DNA from: Ignavibacteriota bacterium
GTDB taxonomy: Bacteria > Bacteroidota > Ignavibacteria > UBA10030
DNA length: 64,000 nt
Direction of reading: 5' to 3'
NCBI GenBank assembly: GCA_963701295.1
Contig: OY969585.1
Location: forward strand, 2,400,001 to 2,464,000
The position numbers and the translations under genes were made by a program. Within the stretch, counting starts at the first letter, position 1. Each line of letters begins with the position of its first letter. Under the pieces are notes generated by a model. The model saw nothing but the letters and a program-made list of their open reading frames with translations, ran no database searches and was not told the origin of the DNA. Below, one piece after another: positions 10,284 to 20,121 of the stretch.

Positions 10284-12890
10284 ATGAAAAACCTTTTATG
10301 CTTTTTTATTCTCCTCGTTTTTGCATCTTTGCTGTGTTATGCCAATCCAGGCAGAGGCAGAGTTAAAATAGCTCACGGTACAATAGTTACCGACAAAGGC
10401 ACTTTACTGCGCGGCTGCGTTGTTGGAACTGATATCGTCGGATATACCCGTGAACAATTCAATTCAATTAAAGAATACGGATTAAATACGTGTCATTTAG
10501 GTGTATGGAACGTGTCTGATGTAGGCACAGAATTAGCAGCTTCTATTGATAGTATAGTAAAATGGACTGAAGAAGACTCACTTTACCTGATTATTACACC
10601 GACATCTGGAGCAGCATGGAATCCATTATTTGGCCTGGTTGATAGTACGAATTATAAATGTACATTGGATTTTTGGAAATTTTACGCCCCGAGGTATAAA
10701 GACAAAACACATGTTATATACGAACTCGTAAATGAACCTTGTCAGTATCTCCATAGTTCAGACACGTTGCCAAGATTTTACAGTGATGGCTATAAGATTA
10801 TGCGTGATTCGGCCCCGGATACACATATTATTTTGCCAATTATTTGGTCAGCTGATTGGGATCCTTGGCATATGAAGGCTTGGGCAAATATTGAAAGTGA
10901 TATTAAAAGGTTAACGGATAGAGGGGTAGATATGTCGAATGTATCCATTTCATTTCATACCTATGGTTTCAGCGGTATAGCCCTGGATAGCATTTTGCTT
11001 TGTTTTAGAGCTTTAGGCCATTCTTTTATTTGTACAGAAATGCCGGCGTTTTTTAATATCTATTTACAAGATGCACATCTTAATTTCAAGGATGTTAAGA
11101 TTTATGAGAAAGACTCTGTGTCGTATGTTTATATACTTTCATTAAGCGATTTGTCACAAAATGAAAAATACAAAGATGTTTTAGAAGATTATGGCATTTC
11201 CTGGGCCCCTGATTTTGGAAAATGGCCTTACACGATAAAATCGGATACCAGGACATGGAATGCCAGTCAGCCTATTGGCGCTGAATGGTTCGATATAGGA
11301 GCGGATTCCAGTATAGCTGGTATATATTCCCAATTATATTATGTTGAAATTTGTCTGCCGAATCTTCCATGGATAATGTTTAAAAAAGTTGATTTCAATA
11401 AAGCAATCGGCTGTAATATCAGGATTGCAAGCACTGATGCCACCAATGATGATAATATCGAATTGCACCTTGATTCACTCACGGGGAAGAAAATTGGTGA
11501 ACTTACCAATTTTTATACAGGTGGGGATGATATCTGGCAAACATTTAGTTTCAAGATTGATACAACGGATGGGATACATGCTATCTATTTCGTAGTCCAT
11601 GGAGAAGCAAAAATCGAATGGTTTTATTTTAGCCAGGAAAGTGGAACCAGTCAAATACTGCAAATACCAAAATGCAGTACCCCGCCGGTTATTGATGGCG
11701 TGCTCGATGATATCTGGAATTATACTTATGCAGTCCCGTTATTAAATTATCAGGCAGGTCTTGATACACCGAAGTCATATATCGATCACTTCAGCACTTT
11801 ACGTACCATGTGGGACGATAATTATTTTTATGCATTTGTCCATGTCATGGACGATATAATTTGCGCAGGAAATCCAGCTCCGTGGAAAAATGATGCCATT
11901 GAACTATACTTTGATGGGGGAAATGATAAAACTCCCTTTAATGGGGTTCCCGATTATGATGCTAATGATAGACAATGGATATGGGTTTATGGCATACAGG
12001 ACACCAGTTCACTTCCTGTCAGCAGTTTTTGGAGGGGCCCCGGCAATTGGGTGTGGAAAAAAACTGCTGTGGGTTACGACTTTGAATTAAAAATCCCTAA
12101 AGATTCGCTTACTTTTCCATTGGTTGCGGGCCATGCAATTGGGTTTGAAATAGCAAATGATGATTGTGATAATAATATACAAGGACGTACCAATACTAAC
12201 CAGTGGTGGTCATCAAGCCCAGATGCCTGGAAGGATGCATCGGTATTTGGGACAGCATTGTTGAAGGATGGCAAATTAATTTACAGTTCGCCTCCTGCAC
12301 CTGTTCTTCTTGCTTGTGCACACAATGCAAAAGATCAACCGACAACGTTGACATTAAGCTGGAAACCATCTGCCCGCGCTTCAACCTACCAATTGCAGGT
12401 TGCAACAAGTTCTAATTTCGGGAGCGGACTGGTAGCTAACGATTCAACAATTATTGATCCCGTGAAGAAAGTTGGTTCACTTTCTCTTAATGTAACGTAT
12501 TACTGGAGAGTGCGTGCTGCAAATGCTTCAGGAAAAAGCGGTTGGTCGGAAATTTGGCAATTCACAACTTCAAAAAATACTGGAGTATCTGAGGAAGTGA
12601 ATATTCCATTAATTTACTCTCTAAGTCAAAACTACCCTAACCCGTTCAATCCATCGACGACAATAAAATATTCTCTTCCCGATCGAAGCCAAGTAAGACT
12701 TCAAATATTCAACATTCTTGGACAGATGGTAAAGGAACTTGTTAATAATGAACAAACAGCAGGATATAAATATGTTGTCTGGAATGCAAACGTATCGTCG
12801 GGATTGTATATCTATCGACTTGAGGCAACATCGAAAGACAATCCTTCGAAACGATTTATCAATACGAAGAAAATGATTTTGATAAAATGA
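10284..12890 (+). CDS. GH5-family glycoside hydrolase with CBM6, CBM9-like and FN3 domains and T9SS CTD
   Basis: HVIYELVNEP acid/base and ICTE nucleophile motifs; IELHLDSLTG...TGGDDIWQT (CBM6); PVIDGVLDDIW (CBM9-like); CTD. Confidence 0.8.
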   Translation: MKNLLCFFILLVFASLLCYANPGRGRVKIAHGTIVTDKGTLLRGCVVGTDIVGYTREQFNSIKEYGLNTCHLGVWNVSDVGTELAASIDSIVKWTEEDSLYLIITPTSGAAWNPLFGLVDSTNYKCTLDFWKFYAPRYKDKTHVIYELVNEPCQYLHSSDTLPRFYSDGYKIMRDSAPDTHIILPIIWSADWDPWHMKAWANIESDIKRLTDRGVDMSNVSISFHTYGFSGIALDSILLCFRALGHSFICTEMPAFFNIYLQDAHLNFKDVKIYEKDSVSYVYILSLSDLSQNEKYKDVLEDYGISWAPDFGKWPYTIKSDTRTWNASQPIGAEWFDIGADSSIAGIYSQLYYVEICLPNLPWIMFKKVDFNKAIGCNIRIASTDATNDDNIELHLDSLTGKKIGELTNFYTGGDDIWQTFSFKIDTTDGIHAIYFVVHGEAKIEWFYFSQESGTSQILQIPKCSTPPVIDGVLDDIWNYTYAVPLLNYQAGLDTPKSYIDHFSTLRTMWDDNYFYAFVHVMDDIICAGNPAPWKNDAIELYFDGGNDKTPFNGVPDYDANDRQWIWVYGIQDTSSLPVSSFWRGPGNWVWKKTAVGYDFELKIPKDSLTFPLVAGHAIGFEIANDDCDNNIQGRTNTNQWWSSSPDAWKDASVFGTALLKDGKLIYSSPPAPVLLACAHNAKDQPTTLTLSWKPSARASTYQLQVATSSNFGSGLVANDSTIIDPVKKVGSLSLNVTYYWRVRAANASGKSGWSEIWQFTTSKNTGVSEEVNIPLIYSLSQNYPNPFNPSTTIKYSLPDRSQVRLQIFNILGQMVKELVNNEQTAGYKYVVWNANVSSGLYIYRLEATSKDNPSKRFINTKKMILIK

Positions 12891-13054
12891 GATAATTATG
12901 TCCTAACCAGTTTAAAAAGGAAAGAGTCAAGTAAATAATATACTCCCGATGCGTTCCGCGCAATCGGAATGCAGAGTTCTTTAACATTAAGGACGACCGA
13001 ATCCGTGCCGATGCCGCGTTCTCTATCGAATAGACAGGCGATTACCAGAGCAAT

Positions 13055-13229
13055 GCCGTCCAAACCAGTTTACGGATTTACATTCACTCATTGAAGAAAC
13101 GATGGTGAAAGCGTATCTCGTCGAGCGAGATGTTCCAGATATTACCACGGCACAGCGCACTCTCTTCCCAATCCAGCGAACGATCCCGACGCAGTCGGGA
13201 TCAGTTAGGAAAGCGGGCTTGAGAGGCGC
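13055..13229 (-). ncRNA. Putative bridge/seekRNA of IS copy 2
   Basis: Two internal loops whose four segments match the attC target (CCTAAC, CCAGC) and the IS ends (GGTAATATC, CCAGTTTA). Confidence 0.75.
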
Positions 13230-14206
13230 GGCCACTGCTGAGATTTATGCCGGCTGATCGGCTGACCTTTGAGACCTTTATATATTGTTTTGTTTTTTAA
13301 GACATAGTAAACAATCTTCGCAAGTTCTTTGGCAACGACGGTTCGCGCAGTCGCCTCATTGGAGCGACGAGCTAATTTCTGGAATAAGCGTTTGTATTCC
13401 GGATAGTACTGAATAGCATGAACAGCGGCATCGGAGAAGGCGATTTTGAGATACTTATTGCCGTCTTTGCTGGAGCGATGGTGCACAGAGCGATTGGAGT
13501 TATCGGCAGCAGGGACGAGTCGGCAGTAAGAGACAAACTTTTTATCGGAGTCGAATCGTTCAATGCCGTCGATTTCAAGATACACCGTGAATGCGGTGAG
13601 CTTGCCGATACCTGGAATGTGCAAGAGCCGTTGAATATCGTCGTTGGGAATCAGCACAGGATGGAGAGATTTTTCCAGCGAGAGGATCTGAGCAGTAAAA
13701 GTGTCTCTGGTATGTTGCAAGACAGCAAGTTGAAAACGATACGGATCCGGAACAGAGCCGTTAAATTTGGTCTGAATACTGTAGAGACGCAGAAGACTGG
13801 CAGTTCGTTGCTGAACGAGCCGTAGACGAATACGCATGGTATCGCGCAGGCCGCGTAGTTCTCGGCTGATTTTGTGAGCCCGTGGAATGAGTCCCTGTCG
13901 TAAGAGAAGAGCAAGAGTTTGCGAATCGACTTTATCTGTTTTAACTTTAGCATAACTGATGGCTTTGAGATATTTGGCGTGAGCAAGGACAAGCTCGATG
14001 CCGTGATCGCTGAGAAGATCGTTGAGCCAGTACCATCCTGTGGTAGACTCAACGACTGCGTGATGAGGACCGGGCAGAGAGTGGAAGTAATCAAGAACAC
14101 GTTCATTGTTATTCTCGACACGTTGTCGCTTGATGACAGCACCAGTGTCATCAACAGTGGTGATAAAACAATTATCAGAATGCAAATCGATACCTGAGTA
14201 ATACAT
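13205..14206 (-). CDS. IS110-family recombinase/transposase (intact motifs)
   Basis: MYYSGIDLH start with AAGGAG RBS; DEDD motifs; LVPAADNS retains the Ser. Confidence 0.93.
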   Translation of the reverse strand: MYYSGIDLHSDNCFITTVDDTGAVIKRQRVENNNERVLDYFHSLPGPHHAVVESTTGWYWLNDLLSDHGIELVLAHAKYLKAISYAKVKTDKVDSQTLALLLRQGLIPRAHKISRELRGLRDTMRIRLRLVQQRTASLLRLYSIQTKFNGSVPDPYRFQLAVLQHTRDTFTAQILSLEKSLHPVLIPNDDIQRLLHIPGIGKLTAFTVYLEIDGIERFDSDKKFVSYCRLVPAADNSNRSVHHRSSKDGNKYLKIAFSDAAVHAIQYYPEYKRLFQKLARRSNEATARTVVAKELAKIVYYVLKNKTIYKGLKGQPISRHKSQQWPRLSSPLS

Positions 14207-14464
14207 GGGAATCTCCTTAGATTGTGGATGTTGGTGACCTAGAGAATTATCAATGTACATAATCGGGAGATTCCTTTTTGGTAATATCCAGCAACTCAAG
14301 CTGACGGAATGAGCGTAAGTAAGTACAAAATTGAAAGAACTAGCATGAACTTGTTTCGTTTAGTATATTTTGAAAGTTATCAGTGTCACAGCTTAACTGC
14401 CATCCGTTAGGCAGCGCAGCGTGCAGTAAGTGCTAATTGAAATAGCAAAAGGAATAAAACGCTT

Positions 14465-15355
14465 ATGATCCGATTATTTGCCATTTTAATGTTTTTATCT
14501 TCTCAAGTTGTGTCTATTGCAACTGCTCAAGATCTCTATTTTCAAAAAAAGACTGCAATAATTCGATGGTCAAATGGGAAAAAAATAGATACTATCTGGC
14601 AGGCACCATTCTCAGTAAATGATATAAGCTTGAGTCAAGATTGCCAATTTATTTGTTTCACAAAATCTGTAGTCAACGATAATTCTCGATCTGAAAGGGA
14701 AGTTGGATACTACTCATTAATCGATAAAAAGTTTACAATAATCAAATCTAATACATTATTTAATTATGGAGCCATTATGTCTCCATCAAATGAACTCATT
14801 GCCTTTAGTTATCTTCCTGGGCGCAGGGAATGGAAAACTGCTCTTTATAATCGAATTAAAAATACTTTGAATTATGATGTTGCCCCTTCAATTGCTGGCG
14901 ATGCCTACAATGCATTCAGCTGGCACTCAGATTCATTACTTTGCTTTGCCACGCTTGATAAGATCATTGAGAAGAATATCCACGATAGCACTACGAAAAT
15001 GTTCACACCGCCTGATTCAGAAATGTCGTTCACAGTGCCTGGTACTCAAATGCTATTTCTAAACGATACAGCTTTTGCCTTCGTTTGTGCTGATGTCAGC
15101 CGCCAAATATCTGCTGAATTCGATGGCCCTCCAACAAATGTCTTTCTTACCATTAGTGGAAGTACTGAGAGGCTTTTCTCAAAAAAAGAAGACGTCAATG
15201 CTTGTTTTATTTCTAACAAGAGCATTTATATCGGTTACACTGACTATGCACTTTCAAAAAAAGGTAGAGAAATGCTTGTGCGATATGATATTCGCTCTAA
15301 AAAAAAGGAATTGATAAAATCACTAGGACTTCTTATCGGTGTGTCTCATAATTAA
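14465..15355 (+). CDS. Secreted hypothetical protein, possible TolB-like propeller (cassette)
   Basis: Signal peptide; LSQD/MSPSNELIAFS/FSW repeats; flanked by attC sites. Confidence 0.55.
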   Translation: MIRLFAILMFLSSQVVSIATAQDLYFQKKTAIIRWSNGKKIDTIWQAPFSVNDISLSQDCQFICFTKSVVNDNSRSEREVGYYSLIDKKFTIIKSNTLFNYGAIMSPSNELIAFSYLPGRREWKTALYNRIKNTLNYDVAPSIAGDAYNAFSWHSDSLLCFATLDKIIEKNIHDSTTKMFTPPDSEMSFTVPGTQMLFLNDTAFAFVCADVSRQISAEFDGPPTNVFLTISGSTERLFSKKEDVNACFISNKSIYIGYTDYALSKKGREMLVRYDIRSKKKELIKSLGLLIGVSHN

Positions 15356-15389
15356 AGAGAACAATATCCGTAGAAAGCACTGGCGCGCC

Positions 15390-15584
15390 TTCTAACAAGG
15401 CGCTCAAGCTGACGGAATGAGGGTATGGACGTTAAGCATGCTGGTGGTGGGTTTTCGTTTTTATTATTCAGTTTGTAGTACCTATGACTTTTGTATTTAT
15501 TAATTTAGTTTTTAGCATGAACTCGTTTCGTTATCAGCAGCTTGAAAATTATTAACGCCGCAGCTTAGCGCCCGTCCGTTAGGC
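15390..15584 (+). repeat. attC-like site (195 bp, most canonical copy)
   Basis: TTCTAAC-AA-GGCGCT-C-AAGCTG ... CAGCTT-AGCGCC-CGTCC-GTTAGGC: stem with one unpaired base in the L box and an asymmetric spacer. Confidence 0.92.
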
Positions 15585-15608
15585 AGCCCTTACAAGGAGA
15601 AAAAACCA

Positions 15609-16358
15609 ATGAAAAAAGCAATCGTTGTCATTTTATTGTTGTCATGTCAGACACTTTATACTCAGCAATCTGAACAAAAAACCAATCAGATTTGTGTGCA
15701 AGGTAGTGTTGAATTGAAAGAAATGGCAGATCAGGCAACTTTAAGTTTTTCCGTTAAGGGAGTCGGTGCAAATCTCCGCCAAGCTGTAGAGAATGCTGAC
15801 AAGAATACAAAAGCTATTACAGATAAACTTATGTCATTGGGTATCAAAGAAAAAGATATTTCAACATCATCGTTCTATAGTGGTGAGAATAAAGGCGACA
15901 AGGCATTTCTATCCTCAAGTAGGGATTATCAGGCACATATAACGACCGTGATTAAAGTTGATAGTTTAAAATTATTGCAACCTATTCTGTTTGCAATAAG
16001 CGAATCTGATGTGCAAAACATATCTCAAATCATATTTTCTTTAAAAGATGAAGTTGGTTTTCGGCGAAGAGCGCGGATTGAAGCTGCTCTCAAAGCAAAA
16101 GAGAAAGCAGAGGACATGACGAAAGCTTTAAATATCACACTGGGAAGAGTGCTTTCTATCGATGAAGTGCAACCAACTCAATCTCGCCCAACATCTTTGT
16201 TGTCAAGAAGCGGAGTACCAAATCCATTTAATCCTATTTCATTCAACACGGTTGTTGGTCTTCAAGCCGGAGGTGTTGATGAGAGCATCGGGTCTGGTTT
16301 CTTTGCTCAGACAATTTCTGTCACGAGTCAGGTTTATGTAATATTTGAAATTAAATAA
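15609..16358 (+). CDS. SIMPL/DUF541 domain protein (cassette)
   Basis: ICVQGSVE..ADQATLSFSV; AALKAKEKAEDMTKALNITLGRVLSIDE. Confidence 0.85.
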   Translation: MKKAIVVILLLSCQTLYTQQSEQKTNQICVQGSVELKEMADQATLSFSVKGVGANLRQAVENADKNTKAITDKLMSLGIKEKDISTSSFYSGENKGDKAFLSSSRDYQAHITTVIKVDSLKLLQPILFAISESDVQNISQIIFSLKDEVGFRRRARIEAALKAKEKAEDMTKALNITLGRVLSIDEVQPTQSRPTSLLSRSGVPNPFNPISFNTVVGLQAGGVDESIGSGFFAQTISVTSQVYVIFEIK

Positions 16359-16364
16359 GAGCCG

Positions 16365-16523
16365 TCCTAACCAGGCGCTCAAGTTGACCGAATGAGCATG
16401 AGTGCATTAAGCATGGCGAGCATAGGTCTTGGTGTCTAATAATAAACTTTTCAGCATGAACTTGTTTCGTTTTGTGTATTTTGAAAGTTTTCAACATGGA
16501 AGCTTAGCCGCCATCCGTTAGGC
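16365..16523 (+). repeat. attC-like site (159 bp)
   Basis: TCCTAAC-CAGGC-GCTCAAGTTGAC ... AGCTTAGCCGCCATCC-GTTAGGC. Confidence 0.9.
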
Positions 16524-16551
16524 GCATTTTAAAATTATAGGAGAATGCTTA

Positions 16552-16929
16552 ATGAGCGAAAACGACAATTTTAAATATCTGGAACTATATATGAAGCAAA
16601 GCGAGTTCTTCTGGAAATATCAACAGACCGTTTCATTAGTTGAATTGGCTGCATTTGCAGGATGGTACAAACTATTCAAAGGAAGTGATTACTTTTTGGC
16701 AATGGGGGCACTAATATTGGGAAGTATTGTCTTATTCGTTCTATTTTTAATAATCTTACGAGCTGCACAATATCTAAATGCATTAAGGAAATCAGCGTTA
16801 AAAGCACTTCCATCTGATCTTCAACAACCTTTGCTTCATATCAAGAGTTCTCATATTGGTATTGCTATTCCAATAATTTGTATTGTTTTTAACATTGCTT
16901 TAATTCTTTATCAATTAAAATGCACCTAA
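16552..16929 (+). CDS. Small membrane protein (cassette); stop codon lies in the attC R'' box
   Basis: AGGAG RBS; hydrophobic segments; TAA within ACCTAAC. Confidence 0.7.
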   Translation: MSENDNFKYLELYMKQSEFFWKYQQTVSLVELAAFAGWYKLFKGSDYFLAMGALILGSIVLFVLFLIILRAAQYLNALRKSALKALPSDLQQPLLHIKSSHIGIAIPIICIVFNIALILYQLKCT

Positions 16930-16980
16930 CCGCGCTCAAGCTGACAGAATGAGCCGAGGTATGTTAAGCATGGCTGGTTC
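16924..16980 (+). repeat. attC-like left half
   Basis: ACCTAAC-CGC-GCTCAAGCTGACAGAATGAG...GTTAAGCATGG; no adjacent right arm. Confidence 0.8.
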
Positions 16981-17136
16981 TCATGAATAGCAGGTGTGGC
17001 GTCATCATATTTATGAATTTTCCCAATTGCTGTTTAAGTGATGCCAGAAGTTATCGGCTCATTTTTTCAACATGGAAATAGTTGTTTCTTTATAAATTCA
17101 TATACATATACTTTCAATAATGAACATTTAAAAATC

Positions 17137-19776
17137 ATGAAAAATATAAACCTTGGAATTTTACTAATTCTTGTCGTGTCTCTTACATTTAATCTATGTA
17201 AAGGAAGTGAAAAACTGCTTCCTTACCAGGATACCAGTCTTTCTATTGAAGAACGGGTGAACGATTTGGTATCAAGGATGACACTGGATGAAAAGATCAG
17301 CCAAATGATGAATGCCTCTGATTCTATTAGCCGATTGGGTATTCCGGATTATAACTGGTGGAGCGAAGGTTTGCATGGAGTTGCTAATTCTGGCATAGCA
17401 ACGGTCTTTCCGCAGGCAATAGGATTAAGCGCTACATGGAACGAAGATTTAATAAACCAGGTAGCTGATGTTATTTCTACGGAATTCAGAGCCAAATTCA
17501 ATGATTATCAGAAAAAAGGAGATCATAGCATTTTTAAAGGTTTGACAGTCTGGTCTCCCAATATCAATATTTTCCGTGATCCAAGATGGGGCAGAGGACA
17601 AGAAACCTATGGCGAAGATCCTTTTCTTACTTCTCGCATTGGTGTAGCTTTTGTAAAAGGTTTGCAGGGTAATGATCCTAAGTATTTAAAAGTTGTTTCT
17701 ACTCCAAAGCATTATGCAGTGCACAGCGGTCCTGAACCTGAACGTCATCACTTTGATGCTGTAACTGACTATCGCGACTTTGCTGAAACGTATACTCCTG
17801 CTTTCAAGGCTTGCGTCGTAGAGGGCGGTGCATATTCAATTATGGGCGCATACCAGAGATATCTTGGCACACCCTGTTGTGCGAGCGATTTGCTTTTGAA
17901 AGATGTATTGCGTGGAAAATGGAATTTCAAAGGTTACATGGTATCAGATTGCGGTGCAATTTCTGATATTTATTTAAATCATAAATTTGTAAAGACTCCG
18001 GAAGAAGCTGCTGCTTTGGCTGTTTTAGCCGGTTGCGATCTCGAGTGTGGTGATACATACAAATTTCTTAAAAATGCTGTTCAGAAAGGTTTACTTAAAG
18101 AGTCAGACATAGATGTTGCTGTGAAACGCTTATTTACAGCTCGTTTCAAATTAGGTTTGTTCGATCCTCCTGAAATGGTAAAATATGCGCAGATACCAAT
18201 CTCAGATAACGATTCACCGGAACATCGCGCATTGGCTTTAAAAACAGCTCGTGAATCAATAGTATTATTGAAAAATGAAAATAACTTTCTTCCGTTAAAA
18301 AAAGATATCAAAACGATTGCTGTTATCGGGCCTAATGCAAATATCCCGGAAGTTCTATACGGTAATTACAATGGTGTATCGTCAAAACCTATTGCACCAC
18401 TCGAAGGATTAAAAAATAATGCTCCAAAATCTACAAAGATTTTATACGAAGCCGGCTCTAATGCTGCTGATGATTCTCCTATTCTTTCAGCTATCCCTGA
18501 AGATGCTTTATCCACTGGCAACAAGAATGAGAAAGGATTAAAAGCTGAGTATTTTGATAATATGGAATTAAAAGGCACTCCTTTCATTACACGGATTGAT
18601 AAAAAGATTGACTTTGATTTTATCGATAATCCTCCTGCCCGTGGTAAAAGTATGAAATTCTCTGTGCGATGGACTGGCACTCTTTCAGTACCTGTAACAG
18701 ATACCTACTTCATCGGTTTTACCGGAGATGACGGTTATCGTGTCTATATTGACAATAAACTTCTTTTTGAAAGCTGGAAGGATCAAAGTCCTGCATTGAA
18801 AAAAGTTAAAATAGATCTTGTCAAAGAAAAAAAATATGAGATCAAAATTGAGTATTACCAAAACTTGGGTGGAGCTATTGCAAAATTTCAATGGGGGAAA
18901 GCTGATAAAGATTTTTTAAAAAGGGTTATCGATGTGACAAAACAAGCTGATGTTGTTGTTTATGTCGGCGGTATTACTCCATGGCTCGAAGGAGAAGAAA
19001 TGTCGGTTGAAATTGAAGGATTCAAAGGTGGTGACCGTACATCACTTGATTTACCTGCTGTTCAGGATAGAATACTTAAAGCAATCAAAGCTACAGGAAA
19101 ACCCATCGTTCTGATATTATTGAATGGTAGTGCCCTATCGGTAAATTGGGCAAACGAAAATGTAAATGCCATTCTCGAAGCCTGGTATCCGGGTGAAGAA
19201 GGCGGTAATGCAATTGCAGATGTTTTGTTTGGTGATTATAACCCTGCCGGACGTTTGCCTGTGACTTTCTATAAATCTGTTAAAGATTTACCGCCATTCG
19301 AAGATTATAATATGAAAGGTCGAACATATCGCTATTTCAACGGTATCCCTCTGTATGAGTTTGGTTATGGATTAAGCTATACAACTTTCAAATATTCTAA
19401 TATCAACGCACCTAAATCAGTTAAAACAAATGAAGATGTAAAAGTATCAGTTGAAGTTGAGAATACAGGAAAGATTGATGGCGACGAAGTTGTTGAATTG
19501 TATGTTAAAATACGGCACGCTAAAGCGCCTGTTCCTATCCATGCGCTTAAAGATTTCAAACGCATCCATATGAAGGTCGGTGAAAAGAAAACAGTTGAAT
19601 TTATTCTCAAACCTGATCAATTGTCATTGATAGATGATGATAACAAACGAGTAATAGAACCAGGCAAATTTCAAATATTTATCGGTGGTCGTCAACCCAA
19701 TCCTGATGTTCTGGCTTCAGGCGAAGTTCTCAAAGTAGATCTTGAAGTGACTGGAAATGTGAATGTGATAGAATAG
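17137..19776 (+). CDS. GH3 beta-glucosidase/xylosidase with PA14 and FN3-like domains
   Basis: WWSEGLHG, RDPRWGRGQETYGEDP, KHY, VSDC, GEEGG motifs; PA14 insert. Confidence 0.93.
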   Translation: MKNINLGILLILVVSLTFNLCKGSEKLLPYQDTSLSIEERVNDLVSRMTLDEKISQMMNASDSISRLGIPDYNWWSEGLHGVANSGIATVFPQAIGLSATWNEDLINQVADVISTEFRAKFNDYQKKGDHSIFKGLTVWSPNINIFRDPRWGRGQETYGEDPFLTSRIGVAFVKGLQGNDPKYLKVVSTPKHYAVHSGPEPERHHFDAVTDYRDFAETYTPAFKACVVEGGAYSIMGAYQRYLGTPCCASDLLLKDVLRGKWNFKGYMVSDCGAISDIYLNHKFVKTPEEAAALAVLAGCDLECGDTYKFLKNAVQKGLLKESDIDVAVKRLFTARFKLGLFDPPEMVKYAQIPISDNDSPEHRALALKTARESIVLLKNENNFLPLKKDIKTIAVIGPNANIPEVLYGNYNGVSSKPIAPLEGLKNNAPKSTKILYEAGSNAADDSPILSAIPEDALSTGNKNEKGLKAEYFDNMELKGTPFITRIDKKIDFDFIDNPPARGKSMKFSVRWTGTLSVPVTDTYFIGFTGDDGYRVYIDNKLLFESWKDQSPALKKVKIDLVKEKKYEIKIEYYQNLGGAIAKFQWGKADKDFLKRVIDVTKQADVVVYVGGITPWLEGEEMSVEIEGFKGGDRTSLDLPAVQDRILKAIKATGKPIVLILLNGSALSVNWANENVNAILEAWYPGEEGGNAIADVLFGDYNPAGRLPVTFYKSVKDLPPFEDYNMKGRTYRYFNGIPLYEFGYGLSYTTFKYSNINAPKSVKTNEDVKVSVEVENTGKIDGDEVVELYVKIRHAKAPVPIHALKDFKRIHMKVGEKKTVEFILKPDQLSLIDDDNKRVIEPGKFQIFIGGRQPNPDVLASGEVLKVDLEVTGNVNVIE

Positions 19777-19804
19777 GATTCCTTGTTTTGCCCATAAAAT
19801 AGAA

Positions 19805-19834
19805 AATCCTCACGGATTTTCATCGATGAGGATT
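19805..19834 (-). terminator. Rho-independent terminator downstream of the tRNA fragment
   Basis: AATCCTCA/TGAGGATT stem with a T-rich tail on the minus strand. Confidence 0.6.
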
Positions 19835-19848
19835 CTCCTTTAGTGTGT

Positions 19849-19887
19849 GTAGCGGGGCAGGACTTGAACCTACAACCTTCGGGTTAT
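19849..19887 (-). pseudogene. 3' half of tRNA-fMet (att-like remnant, copy B)
   Basis: Minus strand ATAACCCGAAGGTTGTAGGTTCAAGTCCTGCCCCGCTAC: anticodon 3' side, T-arm and acceptor; no 5' half. Confidence 0.8.
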
Positions 19888-20048
19888 ATCATTCTAGGGG
19901 AAAATAGGATGGGAGGGGCTTCTAACCAGAATCATAGATATTTCACTTTCACAAAAATTTCAGCAATTAGAATTGAGAATGTATAAAATTTCATAATTCT
20001 TTTTGATCACGAAGAGAAAAAATGAGACTATAATCCATTTTTTTGTAC

Positions 20049-20121
20049 TTGACAAATTATAAATGAATTATTATACTCGTCCACAATTCATCTGCTAACA
20101 GTGTGCTAACACTTTGCTAAT
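20049..20121 (+). promoter_or_regulatory. sigma70 promoter followed by three direct repeats
   Basis: TTGACA-17 nt-TATACT; TGCTAA(CA) at 20093, 20104 and 20115 (11-bp period). Confidence 0.55.

Larger units (their letters stand above)
12908..14288 (-). mobile_element. IS110-family (IS1111-type, attC-targeting) insertion sequence, copy 2
   Basis: Same ends as copy 1 (TTTAAAAAGGAAAGAGTCAAG ... CCTTTTTGGTAATATC) and same insertion position in attC. Confidence 0.92.
12901..14412 (+). repeat. attC-like site interrupted by IS copy 2
   Basis: TCCTAAC at 12901-12907; remainder CAGCA-ACTCAAGCTGACGGAATGAG...CAGCTTAACTGCCATCC-GTTAGGC at 14289-14412. Confidence 0.85.

Noticed and set aside
14207-14299. 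N-terminal extension of the copy 2 transposase in the ORF track
   Set aside because: It runs past the IS end; copy 1 and the RBS indicate the start is at 14206.
16216-16236. PNPFNP motif inside the SIMPL protein as a T9SS signal
   Set aside because: It is internal, lies in the variable Pro-rich linker and lacks the rest of the CTD; chance or a tiny fragment cannot be distinguished.
19849-19930. Intact tRNA-Met gene
   Set aside because: Similarity stops at the anticodon; the D-arm and 5' acceptor strand are absent.
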